NCBI GenBank assembly: GCA_041177245.1
Contig: JBEDBL010000001.1
Span: 1-41,373 of the forward strand
Length of the DNA stretch: 41,373 nt
Direction: 5' to 3'
Origin: Verrucomicrobiota bacterium
GTDB lineage: Bacteria > Verrucomicrobiota > Verrucomicrobiia > Chthoniobacterales > JACTMZ01
In this document: positions 16,629 to 24,940 of the stretch, one piece after another
Numbering within the stretch: the stretch's first letter is position 1
Layout of the letters: each line of letters begins with the position of its first letter
The notes under the pieces: model-generated
Told to the model about the DNA's origin: nothing
The model's input: the letters and a program-made list of their open reading frames with translations, nothing else
The model's database searches: none
Made by a program: the position numbers and the translations under genes

Positions 16629-17603
16629 ATGGGCGTCTATTTCTACCTACCGGAAGCTTACCTGCCGAGCGTGGAAAACCGAGCGCTTTGGCGGCAGGGA
16701 CGATACGTCATGCTCGAAGAGGGCGGAAAATTGGCGGCCGCGCATAGTTGGATCTACCGCACATGGATGGCTCTTGCCGAAACCGGATGTCGCTCGGAAC
16801 TGGTGCACCAGATGCCTCGCGAGGGGTGCGTGCTCGCGCTGTCGGGAACAATACCGGCGTCCCTCCGTGCGCATGCCGGCATGTTTTTGGTCGGCGTCGT
16901 GGCCGACGGATTACCCCATCCGACCGCGCATATGCATATCCTGCAAAATCCAACTCATGCACGGCGGCTTCCGCGCGGATACTTCATGCCGCACTGGCCG
17001 CAACCGGGTTTGATCCCGCGCGAAGCATCGCGCGGCATGACATTGGAACGTATTGCATTTTTTGGGACCAAGGAGAATCTCGCCGCCCAACTTCAAGACC
17101 ATCCTTGGAGGGGCAAGTTGCAGCGGGAAACCGGTGTCACGCTTGAGATTCGCGGTGCAGATCGCTGGCACGACTACAGTGATGTCGATGCCGTCGTTGC
17201 CGTTCGCGATTTCCGCGGCGGACGTCAGTTGCACAAGCCGGCGACGAAACTATACAACGCGTGGCTGGCGGGCGTTCCGTTTATCGGGGGCGTTGACTCG
17301 GCTTACGCAGCCGAAGGACAGTCCGGCATCGACTATTTGTTGGCACGCTCACCCGATGAAGTTATAGCGCACCTAGCACGGTTGAAGCGCGACGAATCGC
17401 TGCGGAGGGAACTCGTCGAGAACGGAAAGAGAAAATCGCTCGGACGTGGACAGGAGGCGATTACCGCACTCTGGCGCAGTCTCGTGCAGGAGACGATCCC
17501 CGCTTTGGCGGCGATCCGAGGCCGTCGACCGGAATCGCTAAACTTTTGCGCCGATGCGGCGGTGCGCGGCACTTTGGCGCTAGACCGGGTGTTCAGAAGT
17601 TGA
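16629..17603 (+). CDS. Uncharacterised protein, possibly a GT-B-like glycosyltransferase C-terminal half
   Basis: The start was set at MGVYFYLPEAYL (ATG at 16629). The 5' 149 codons of the track ORF are antisense to the acetyltransferase gene. The C-terminal region HKPATKLYNAWLAGVPFIGG...DYLLARSPDEV resembles a GT-B nucleotide-sugar domain only loosely. Confidence 0.45.
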   Translation: MGVYFYLPEAYLPSVENRALWRQGRYVMLEEGGKLAAAHSWIYRTWMALAETGCRSELVHQMPREGCVLALSGTIPASLRAHAGMFLVGVVADGLPHPTAHMHILQNPTHARRLPRGYFMPHWPQPGLIPREASRGMTLERIAFFGTKENLAAQLQDHPWRGKLQRETGVTLEIRGADRWHDYSDVDAVVAVRDFRGGRQLHKPATKLYNAWLAGVPFIGGVDSAYAAEGQSGIDYLLARSPDEVIAHLARLKRDESLRRELVENGKRKSLGRGQEAITALWRSLVQETIPALAAIRGRRPESLNFCADAAVRGTLALDRVFRS

Positions 17604-18561
17604 CGAAACGCTGGTACAACCACTTTGAGGTATAACGTGGGGCCGCACGGAAAGCGGCCAAAATCTCGGCGGCATCGACCCGGTCACCTGTTCCGGCCAG
17701 TTTGAGGTGCCACGCAGCGCGAAGCGTTGGCGGAAGCTGCTGACCCTTCTCTTTCTCCAAGGTGGCGATCAGATACCAGAAATCTTTTTTGGACTCGCGG
17801 GGTAGTCCGCTCCGGAATGCGGAAACGAGGCCGACCTCTGCGGGACTCCATCCACGTCCCAGCCAGCGCTCGGCTTCGCGTGCCGACACGCGGCTGGCTT
17901 CGTCGAAAGCAAGTCCTCGTCCTCTTTTCGAAAGTGAACTCTCCGCATGGCGATAGCTGATGAGTCGGTCCGGCAAATTACCCGCCGGATAACGCGCCAC
18001 CAAACGCGCCCAAAGCTCATAATCCTGGGCTATGCGGAAACTTTCGTCATAGCCGCCCTCTTGCTGCACGACATCGCGGCGAAAGACAACGGCAGTGTGC
18101 AGGAAGGGGTTGAGAAAGGGGGTACACCAAGCAATCGCCACGGCATCTGCGGGTACATCAAGCAGGCCGATGTTCGAGCCATGTTCGTCGATGAGCACGC
18201 CCTGTGTGCCGAGCAAAATGGTTTGCGGATGGCGGGCGAGGTAGCGCCTCTGTGCGCTCAGGCGGCGCGGATCGGAGAGATCGTCCGCATCCTGCCGCGC
18301 AACCCAATTACCGCGGCATTCACCCAGACCGCGATTGAGGGATGCTGTTTGTCCGATGTTCGTTGCGTTGCGAACAAGCCTGATGCGGGCGTCACGGCTG
18401 GCCCAGCGCTGAAGAATTTCCGGCGAACCGTCGGTCGAACCGTCATCGACCGCGATCATTTCCCAGTCGGCGAAGTCCTGCGCGACAATGCTCGCCACCG
18501 CAACGTCCAGGTGCCGCTCTGCATTATAGACCGGCATCAAAATGCTGAAGGTGGGTGTCAT
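17593..18561 (-). CDS. Glycosyltransferase family 2
   Basis: FSILMPVYNAERHLDVAVASIVAQDF..MIAVDDGSTDGS is followed by RQDADD (a DxD motif). Confidence 0.9.
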   Translation of the reverse strand: MTPTFSILMPVYNAERHLDVAVASIVAQDFADWEMIAVDDGSTDGSPEILQRWASRDARIRLVRNATNIGQTASLNRGLGECRGNWVARQDADDLSDPRRLSAQRRYLARHPQTILLGTQGVLIDEHGSNIGLLDVPADAVAIAWCTPFLNPFLHTAVVFRRDVVQQEGGYDESFRIAQDYELWARLVARYPAGNLPDRLISYRHAESSLSKRGRGLAFDEASRVSAREAERWLGRGWSPAEVGLVSAFRSGLPRESKKDFWYLIATLEKEKGQQLPPTLRAAWHLKLAGTGDRVDAAEILAAFRAAPRYTSKWLYQRFVNF

Positions 18562-18586
18562 TTAAAGTGAGGCAGAGAATCGCAGG

Positions 18587-20368
18587 TCAACACTGATGGT
18601 CGCACCAGTTTTTGATGACGAGAAACCTCATGAAAATTTTGGTCTTGTCCGGAGGTGCGGCAAAAGCCAACGCAGCGCGGAAGTGGTCCTTGGCCGAAGG
18701 AAACACGGCTCCGAAAGCGGACCGGCCGAGTTGCCGCCCTACTTTAGCAGCAACGGCGATTGAAGAATAGCCAAGGCGCGCATCCGGACCGGCAGCCAGC
18801 AACCTCTCGAGCGCATCGCGGCGAAAAATCTCCCAGACCGGACTTTGCCTGTCCGCCAACTGAGCCAACAGATAAGACCGGAAGGATGACTTCACGTGCA
18901 TGAGTTTCTCCCAATCTTCGAGTCCGCTCTTGGACGCGAGCGGCACGGCGGCGAGCGAGGGAAATATCTGCTTCACTGCCCTCTTCATGAGCTCCTTGTG
19001 TTCTCTCAACTCGTCGGGCACGCACGACATAAACTCAAGAATCTCGTCGCTGAGCAGAGGGTTGCGGTGGTCCAGAAACGCCCTTTTGTACACCGCCGCA
19101 GAGTTGAGGTAATTCTGCAGGCGCTCCGTGAAATAAAGCCTGTCCTTCACCTGATTCGGCTCCGCGTCGCCCAAATTGCGCGTTATTTCTTCCCACACCG
19201 GACGCGAGGCTTCCGACATTTCCCGATAAGCTTCCGGCCGAAGGATAGCTTGCAGTCCTTCGGCCAGATGGAACGGCCGCAATCCCACAAGGAAAGGTGC
19301 AGCCGTTAGGCTGCTGACCGCACGCTTCCACCCGAATGCTTCATCACCGCGCAGAACACGACGGAAGCCGTCACCGCGCAACTGCCTCATGATGGCGGTT
19401 TCTTCAGGATGAAAAGCGGCAACGTCGGATTGCCATTCGGTATAGCGGCAACTTTCCTCAAAGGAAGGACCGTAATCCCTTCCACCCCTACGGAAAAATC
19501 GGTGGCTGGTTCCCGATGCTTGCGACAAATGCAACGCGACCGCTGCATCGGAACCGGCCTCCCCCTCGTCCAGTCCCCAAGTGACGGTCCGCAACTCAGA
19601 AGGGGATCGCACGGCTGCAGATGCACCAAGGATGGCCCGCGAGTCGTAGCCGCCGCTGAGAAAAACCGCCGTATCCTCCGCTTTCGATCCTGCCAGATCA
19701 CGCGGCACCGAAGCGACAATGCGGTCCGCAAGCTCAGAGGCCAAAAGCACGGGTGACGTGCGGGAGGCGCGAGATCCGGGCGCGAAGCGCCAATATTCCA
19801 CTGTTTGAACATTGCCGTCAGCAACACGAAGCGCATGGCCTCCCTTGAGTCTTCTGATGCCGCGATAAAGCGTCTGATCAGAGTAAAGATGACCGGCAAC
19901 GATGAGCGAGGCCATCGCGGCGCAATCCTTTTCCTTCGAAACTCCTTGCAGGCCGCTCAGGGCCTGAACTTCGGGTGCGAAGCAAAGCACGTTGCCGAAT
20001 GTGGTGTAGTAAACCGGCTCGGACGCGCGCTTGTCCGCCACGACCCAGAGGGTTCCTTCCGCATCAACGCAGGCGAGACTGAAAAAACCACCAAGCAACA
20101 CCGGATCGAAACGCGACGAGGCCATTTCGCAGCGGACTTGGCCGTAGGAGACTCCAGTCGAACCGGCAGAAGGGGAAATTCTTCGGCCAACTTCGGGCAG
20201 ACCACTGACGGCAAGCATGGAACCGGCTCCGCAATCGGCAGGCGGGAGATCCTCGTAGAAATCCTCCCGCAAGGACATTTCAAGCATACCGGCCAGCAAT
20301 CTTTTGGCCTCGGTGGCCGGATTCCCGCGCGCTTGGCGAAAAATTGAGACTCCAAAAATACCGGGCAC
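18587..20368 (-). CDS. Asparagine synthetase B-like amidotransferase lacking the N-terminal catalytic Cys
   Basis: 593 aa. The PP-loop VFLSGGYDSRAIL is present. The N-terminus reads (GTG)M-P-G-I-F-G-V where class II amidotransferases have M-C-G-I. Codon 2 is CCC (reverse complement of 20363-20365). Confidence 0.85.
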   Translation of the reverse strand: MPGIFGVSIFRQARGNPATEAKRLLAGMLEMSLREDFYEDLPPADCGAGSMLAVSGLPEVGRRISPSAGSTGVSYGQVRCEMASSRFDPVLLGGFFSLACVDAEGTLWVVADKRASEPVYYTTFGNVLCFAPEVQALSGLQGVSKEKDCAAMASLIVAGHLYSDQTLYRGIRRLKGGHALRVADGNVQTVEYWRFAPGSRASRTSPVLLASELADRIVASVPRDLAGSKAEDTAVFLSGGYDSRAILGASAAVRSPSELRTVTWGLDEGEAGSDAAVALHLSQASGTSHRFFRRGGRDYGPSFEESCRYTEWQSDVAAFHPEETAIMRQLRGDGFRRVLRGDEAFGWKRAVSSLTAAPFLVGLRPFHLAEGLQAILRPEAYREMSEASRPVWEEITRNLGDAEPNQVKDRLYFTERLQNYLNSAAVYKRAFLDHRNPLLSDEILEFMSCVPDELREHKELMKRAVKQIFPSLAAVPLASKSGLEDWEKLMHVKSSFRSYLLAQLADRQSPVWEIFRRDALERLLAAGPDARLGYSSIAVAAKVGRQLGRSAFGAVFPSAKDHFRAALAFAAPPDKTKIFMRFLVIKNWCDHQC

Positions 20369-20483
20369 GGTCTTAGTTGCGTTTGCGTGGAAGCGTGTCG
20401 AGCACGTCGCGGGTGGGTTGCGGAATGTTCAGAGTTCCGATAAGCGTCATCCCGTGGCGGTCCGAGCAAAAGATGTCAAAAAT

Positions 20484-22292
20484 ATGCTGGCGGGGCTCGG
20501 GAACTTTCTCGCCCGCTGGGGTTGGGCGGTGCTCGCGGTTTTTGCGTTCGTTTACTATTCGCAGTATTTCCGCTCGGGATTGAATTTGGGCGGTGAAGGC
20601 GGAACCAACGCGGTGCTCGCGCTGCGCTTGATGGAAGGTCAACGGCCGATCATCGACACTTTCCTCGGTTACAACCTGCTCTGGTTCTACCCGATCGTCG
20701 CACTCTTCAAGTGCACCGGTCCGGACTATACGGCGCTGCGGATATTCTTTTTCCTCATTTGCGCGGTCAATGCACTGCTTGGCTTCGCGGTGGTCCACGC
20801 TGCGACGCGCCGTTCGTGGCTGGCTTTCGCCACGGGCATTCTGCTCGTGCTGGTCCCCGGTATGATCTTCCGCAACTACATGGGACTGATCGGTGTGCTC
20901 TCTATGTCGGTGCTGCTCAAGGCTTACGTGCTTCCTGCACCTTCCGAGCGCGTCAGGTTCCGCTGGATGCTGGCAGCGGGAGCGGCCATGTCTCTCTGCT
21001 TTCTCTTGCGCATCGAACCATCGCTGCTGCTGACCATCGTGTGGCTGGGACTGGCCTCGCTTTACCCGCTGGGTTCACGCGGTAGTTTCTTTCAGAGGTT
21101 GCGTGCCTCGCTGTCAGGGACGTTCGCCGCTATACTGGTATTCGCGGCCATGCACGGGATATTTGCCTGGCATGCGAATGCGCGGGGATTCGGGAAAGAA
21201 TTCGCCGGCCAATACACGGGGATGGTTGGTTATTTCGGATACGAACTTTCGCAGCAACTTAAAGGTCTACGAAGCGGCGGCCAGTCCGGCGACGATGTTT
21301 CCGTGCCGCACACGACACCCGACAGCGGATGCAACGAGCGGCACGGGTCGATACGCAGGTTCGGGCGCACTTGCAGTCAGACGGAACCGAAGCAATCGGA
21401 GTGGGTCCAAGATCGCCTTGGACGACCGCCGGTCGGTGAAATCTGGAAGGCGAAACGCGAGCGCGACCGCTATTTTGCGATCTGTCTTTATTACCCGGTT
21501 TTCTGGTCCACAGTTTTTTCGGTTATTGCGATCGTCATGTTGGTCTCGGCCATATCTCGCGGCGACAGCGCGGATAAAGAACGTGCGCTGATTGTTTTGA
21601 CCACGACAGGCTGCGCTCTCTCGCTCTTCCCGCAGTATTTTTTTTTCCGGCCCGACGCGCCTCATTTCAGCGAGTTCATGGTACCATTTCTGCCGGCGGT
21701 GGCTTGTTCCTCCAGTGCAGTTTGGGACGCGGCCCGCGCGTCCTCGCGAAACATATGGAGATATCTTGCGTGGGTCCTGACTGCAGTATCGACGTTGCTT
21801 GTCCCTCTCTATCTCAAAGCCATCATGCCGCGTGAGTCCGCCGGAACTTGGTTTCACCAGGGAAAAACCGTGGAATTTACGGCGGCCAACGGCGTTCGGG
21901 TCAAAGTCACCGAAAAGGAGGCTCACGCTTTGGAAGGTTTGCGCGATGCGGTATGGGCTCACTCGGGACCGGATGATTATGTTGTTTGTTATCCCTACGC
22001 GCCGACTGTCAACTTCATGACCGCGCGGCGCAGTTACGAGCACAATCTCTACATCGACGACGCCACGGCCGGCGCACATTTCGAACGAGGGGCTATCGAG
22101 CGAGCGCAGCGGCTGAGGCCTGCCGTATTCGTCATCGACAACCGCCCTATCAATGGCAGCGAACCATCGCGATTCGCAAACTGGGCGCATTCTTTCATGG
22201 AATACCTGCGTGGAAACTTTCGGTTGGTCGGAACGTTCCAATACGGGAGCCGGGAACTCTACGTTTATGCCCGGCCGGACAAAATTGACTGA
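20484..22292 (+). CDS. GT-C-type polytopic membrane glycosyltransferase (ArnT/PMT-like, COG1807-like) with a C-terminal soluble domain
   Basis: The start was set at MLAGLGNFLARWGW (ATG at 20484). More than 10 hydrophobic segments. The first loop, GGEGGTNAVLALRLMEGQRPIIDTFLGYNLLWFY, resembles the acidic-loop/RLxxG..PxxD pattern of ArnT-like enzymes. The track ORF start at 20304 would overlap the divergent gene. Confidence 0.6.
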   Translation: MLAGLGNFLARWGWAVLAVFAFVYYSQYFRSGLNLGGEGGTNAVLALRLMEGQRPIIDTFLGYNLLWFYPIVALFKCTGPDYTALRIFFFLICAVNALLGFAVVHAATRRSWLAFATGILLVLVPGMIFRNYMGLIGVLSMSVLLKAYVLPAPSERVRFRWMLAAGAAMSLCFLLRIEPSLLLTIVWLGLASLYPLGSRGSFFQRLRASLSGTFAAILVFAAMHGIFAWHANARGFGKEFAGQYTGMVGYFGYELSQQLKGLRSGGQSGDDVSVPHTTPDSGCNERHGSIRRFGRTCSQTEPKQSEWVQDRLGRPPVGEIWKAKRERDRYFAICLYYPVFWSTVFSVIAIVMLVSAISRGDSADKERALIVLTTTGCALSLFPQYFFFRPDAPHFSEFMVPFLPAVACSSSAVWDAARASSRNIWRYLAWVLTAVSTLLVPLYLKAIMPRESAGTWFHQGKTVEFTAANGVRVKVTEKEAHALEGLRDAVWAHSGPDDYVVCYPYAPTVNFMTARRSYEHNLYIDDATAGAHFERGAIERAQRLRPAVFVIDNRPINGSEPSRFANWAHSFMEYLRGNFRLVGTFQYGSRELYVYARPDKID

Positions 22293-22301
22293 ACGATGTT
22301 G

Positions 22302-23246
22302 TTAGAAGTCCTGCTTGCGGGGAGACACAGAAATTTTTTTCCACGTGTCCGCTTCGGTGAACTCGCGGCCGGCAAAAATCCATACAATCATTTTCGTGCC
22401 CGACAAATATTCGGGCTTCGCTTTAACGCGACGAGCCAGTTGCATCCGCGAACTGGTCGCTCCTGAACCGCGGACACCCAGAACCTCGGGCATGAAACCA
22501 AGTGCGGCCGCCAACTGCTCCGGCAAGCCGGCGCCGGTCCCGTGCAAATCTCCTCCTTGGTGGAACACAAGAACATGGCTGTCACCCAGAAGCAGCAACT
22601 GGGGATCTTGAACAGCGGTGGGAAGGGAAGGAAAACGGAGTTGAACTTTTTCCGGTGATCCGCCCAAGTCACCGGAAATTTCGACGTCCTTGAGCGCCGC
22701 TTCGGGGGCGCTGTTCACCGCGATGCCCGCGGTTGTTGCCATCCTCAGAATAGGCGGCAACGCGGCATCGATTCCGCGGCCCGACCAGTGCGTGTCACGC
22801 AGGCAGAACACTTCTTCGCGGGCAGCGGAGTATTCCGGCAACAGATCAACCACCGGAACACCATGCGCGCCAATTTCCGCCATGATTTTTTCCCAGCCTG
22901 CCGTCATGGCAGCTTGTTCCTCCGGGCCAACACCGAGGGAGGAGCTTTGTACGAGGCTCTTCGGCGGAACGGGAAGGACAGCCAACGAGATTCCGGCATC
23001 CTTGAGTTGTGAAGCGAAGTTTGAGATTGCCGCAACGGCCGGCGAGACGAGCGAAGCTATGTCCGGCGAAGCCAGCTTGTCCACAAACCGCAAATCCGCG
23101 GGAAGGAAACGCCGCCCATCGGCACCCTCAACGAAAAATTCTTGTCTGGACTCGGCCGCAGCGACTTTGTCCGCGAGCGGACCTGCGTGACCGCCTGCAG
23201 TGCAAACGGCGAGACTGAGCAGAATCAGTTTTGCGGTGCGAGCCAT
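22302..23246 (-). CDS. AlgJ/AlgX-type (ALGX domain, SGNH-like) polysaccharide O-acetyltransferase, secreted
   Basis: Signal peptide MARTAKLILLSLAVCTAGGHA. The D-x-H-W motif (RDTHWS) and LLLLGDSHV are present, consistent with the Asp/His/Ser triad of AlgJ/AlgX. Confidence 0.75.
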   Translation of the reverse strand: MARTAKLILLSLAVCTAGGHAGPLADKVAAAESRQEFFVEGADGRRFLPADLRFVDKLASPDIASLVSPAVAAISNFASQLKDAGISLAVLPVPPKSLVQSSSLGVGPEEQAAMTAGWEKIMAEIGAHGVPVVDLLPEYSAAREEVFCLRDTHWSGRGIDAALPPILRMATTAGIAVNSAPEAALKDVEISGDLGGSPEKVQLRFPSLPTAVQDPQLLLLGDSHVLVFHQGGDLHGTGAGLPEQLAAALGFMPEVLGVRGSGATSSRMQLARRVKAKPEYLSGTKMIVWIFAGREFTEADTWKKISVSPRKQDF

Positions 23247-24916
23247 TCGGCGAAGTTCGGTTCCTCCATCATGACGTCCGGATGATCCAGTTCGCCTCGA
23301 TTGAGAGAGTCAAGTTTATCGGCTTTTTCTGCGTAGTTGGAAAGCCGCAACATGATGCGGTCGCCCGCGGCCAAACCGGGCGGGATCATGATGCGCCGGT
23401 CGCGCATCGTGAAAATGTAGGCCAAGGCATCACTACCAATAGCGCGTCCCGTGGAGACATCGCGGATTCCGGTCAAGTGAACGGCCGTAAGATAATCGGC
23501 GTAAGGCGTTGAAACGGTGGAAGGCAGCGGTCCGGCCGCTTTTATATCGGCCTCCACGTCGACAGATTTTCCGGCTGGAAGAACGAGAAAGCCCCGTTGT
23601 TCGGTCTGTTCTCCTGCGGCCAAGTCCACCTCGGACCAATCGCCACGCACAAACTCACGAGCCGCCATAACCCAAATGACCACTCGTTTCCCGTCAAGCC
23701 AACCCGGATTCCGCACATCCTCGGCAGCGAGCATTTCGCGCGCCGACTTTGCACCGGCGTCGTTGCGCGCGAGTTTGTCCACGCGACATCCGAGCGCGTG
23801 CGATAAATGCTCGGCAAAACCCGAGGAGGTTCCCCATCCCAGATCTTCCGAAGAGTAGATGTTCGTGTAGCTGTCGCCGAGAACAAGCACCGGCGAGGAT
23901 CGGTTTGGACGCAACTCTTTGCCATCCACTCCGAAGACCGTCTCTATTTCGACGGTTTGCAGACAAAGTAAGCGGGAAGTGGAGGGAAGATCGTGCATCA
24001 AGGCCGTATCTCCGACGGCGGAAACAGTCCTTTTTCCCAACGTGAGGTCTTCTTTCGGAAGTGCGAGGCCTGTCGCTCGGACCGCTGACGCTACCGCGCG
24101 AGCAACGAGGCCCATCGCTCCCGGGGCCCAATGGCTGTCCGTGCGGAGGAACTGTTCTTCCCCGGTCATGTTCTTGCGCGACCAAAGAATTCCGGAGGGG
24201 TCGACGACCACCGGTGCCGATGCGGAGTCATGGTCGGTGGTGTTGATCCCGGACAATTTTGCGGCCAACTCCGAGACGACGGATGCGGCTGGCGGTTGTG
24301 CAAAAGAAGCATTTGCCGGGGCGAGTTGCTCGGGGTGGATGGACGCTTTGCCCGGAACAGGAACAACAACCAGCCGGATTCCCCGACTACCGAGTTGTGC
24401 CGCGAAGGAGGTAATTCCCTCGGCAGCCACAGCTCCAAAGGCGGATGACATGACCAAAGCATCGACATCTGGCCGGTAAAAAAGCCATCCGTCGCGCCCG
24501 ACGTAAGCTTCTTCGCTTCCGGCTCCGCCGAGGCGGAGCAGACCATCGAGCACGCCCGGACGGACTGTTTTGCCGATAGCTGATGAGTCTTCCAGTGCGG
24601 TTTCGAAATCCTCGATTGCACCGATGGAGGCATTGTTGGCCTGAACGATTGCCGACCAGCGGAATCCCCCGGCGTGGAAACAATGCCAGATGCGCGAGAT
24701 GCCGTTCCGCGCTTTCTGCAAAGGGTCTCTCCAAGATCCGAGCAAGCCATCGGCAAGAGGGACGAGAAGCAGACCCAGGCAGAACAGCACCGACAACCAG
24801 ACCGCCAAAGGGCGCGCCACTTCGGTGCGCTTCCAACCCTCCGCGTACTCTTCGCGTGAGGATCCGCCGGCCGACCCGGGTTTATGGGCGACGCTGCTGC
24901 CTTGACCGGACATCAT
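23225..24916 (-). CDS. AlgJ/AlgX-type O-acetyltransferase, membrane-anchored, with an extra C-terminal domain of about 130 aa
   Basis: N-terminal TM anchor LAVWLSVLFCLGLLLVPLA. Motifs RTDSHWA and VLVLGDSYT are present. I did not recognise the C-terminal region (FLVLPAGKSVDVEADIK...MEEPNFAEWLAPQN). The gene overlaps the next gene by 22 nt. Confidence 0.75.
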   Translation of the reverse strand: MMSGQGSSVAHKPGSAGGSSREEYAEGWKRTEVARPLAVWLSVLFCLGLLLVPLADGLLGSWRDPLQKARNGISRIWHCFHAGGFRWSAIVQANNASIGAIEDFETALEDSSAIGKTVRPGVLDGLLRLGGAGSEEAYVGRDGWLFYRPDVDALVMSSAFGAVAAEGITSFAAQLGSRGIRLVVVPVPGKASIHPEQLAPANASFAQPPAASVVSELAAKLSGINTTDHDSASAPVVVDPSGILWSRKNMTGEEQFLRTDSHWAPGAMGLVARAVASAVRATGLALPKEDLTLGKRTVSAVGDTALMHDLPSTSRLLCLQTVEIETVFGVDGKELRPNRSSPVLVLGDSYTNIYSSEDLGWGTSSGFAEHLSHALGCRVDKLARNDAGAKSAREMLAAEDVRNPGWLDGKRVVIWVMAAREFVRGDWSEVDLAAGEQTEQRGFLVLPAGKSVDVEADIKAAGPLPSTVSTPYADYLTAVHLTGIRDVSTGRAIGSDALAYIFTMRDRRIMIPPGLAAGDRIMLRLSNYAEKADKLDSLNRGELDHPDVMMEEPNFAEWLAPQN

Positions 24917-24940
24917 GAAACCTTAGCCTCGCCAGCTTGC

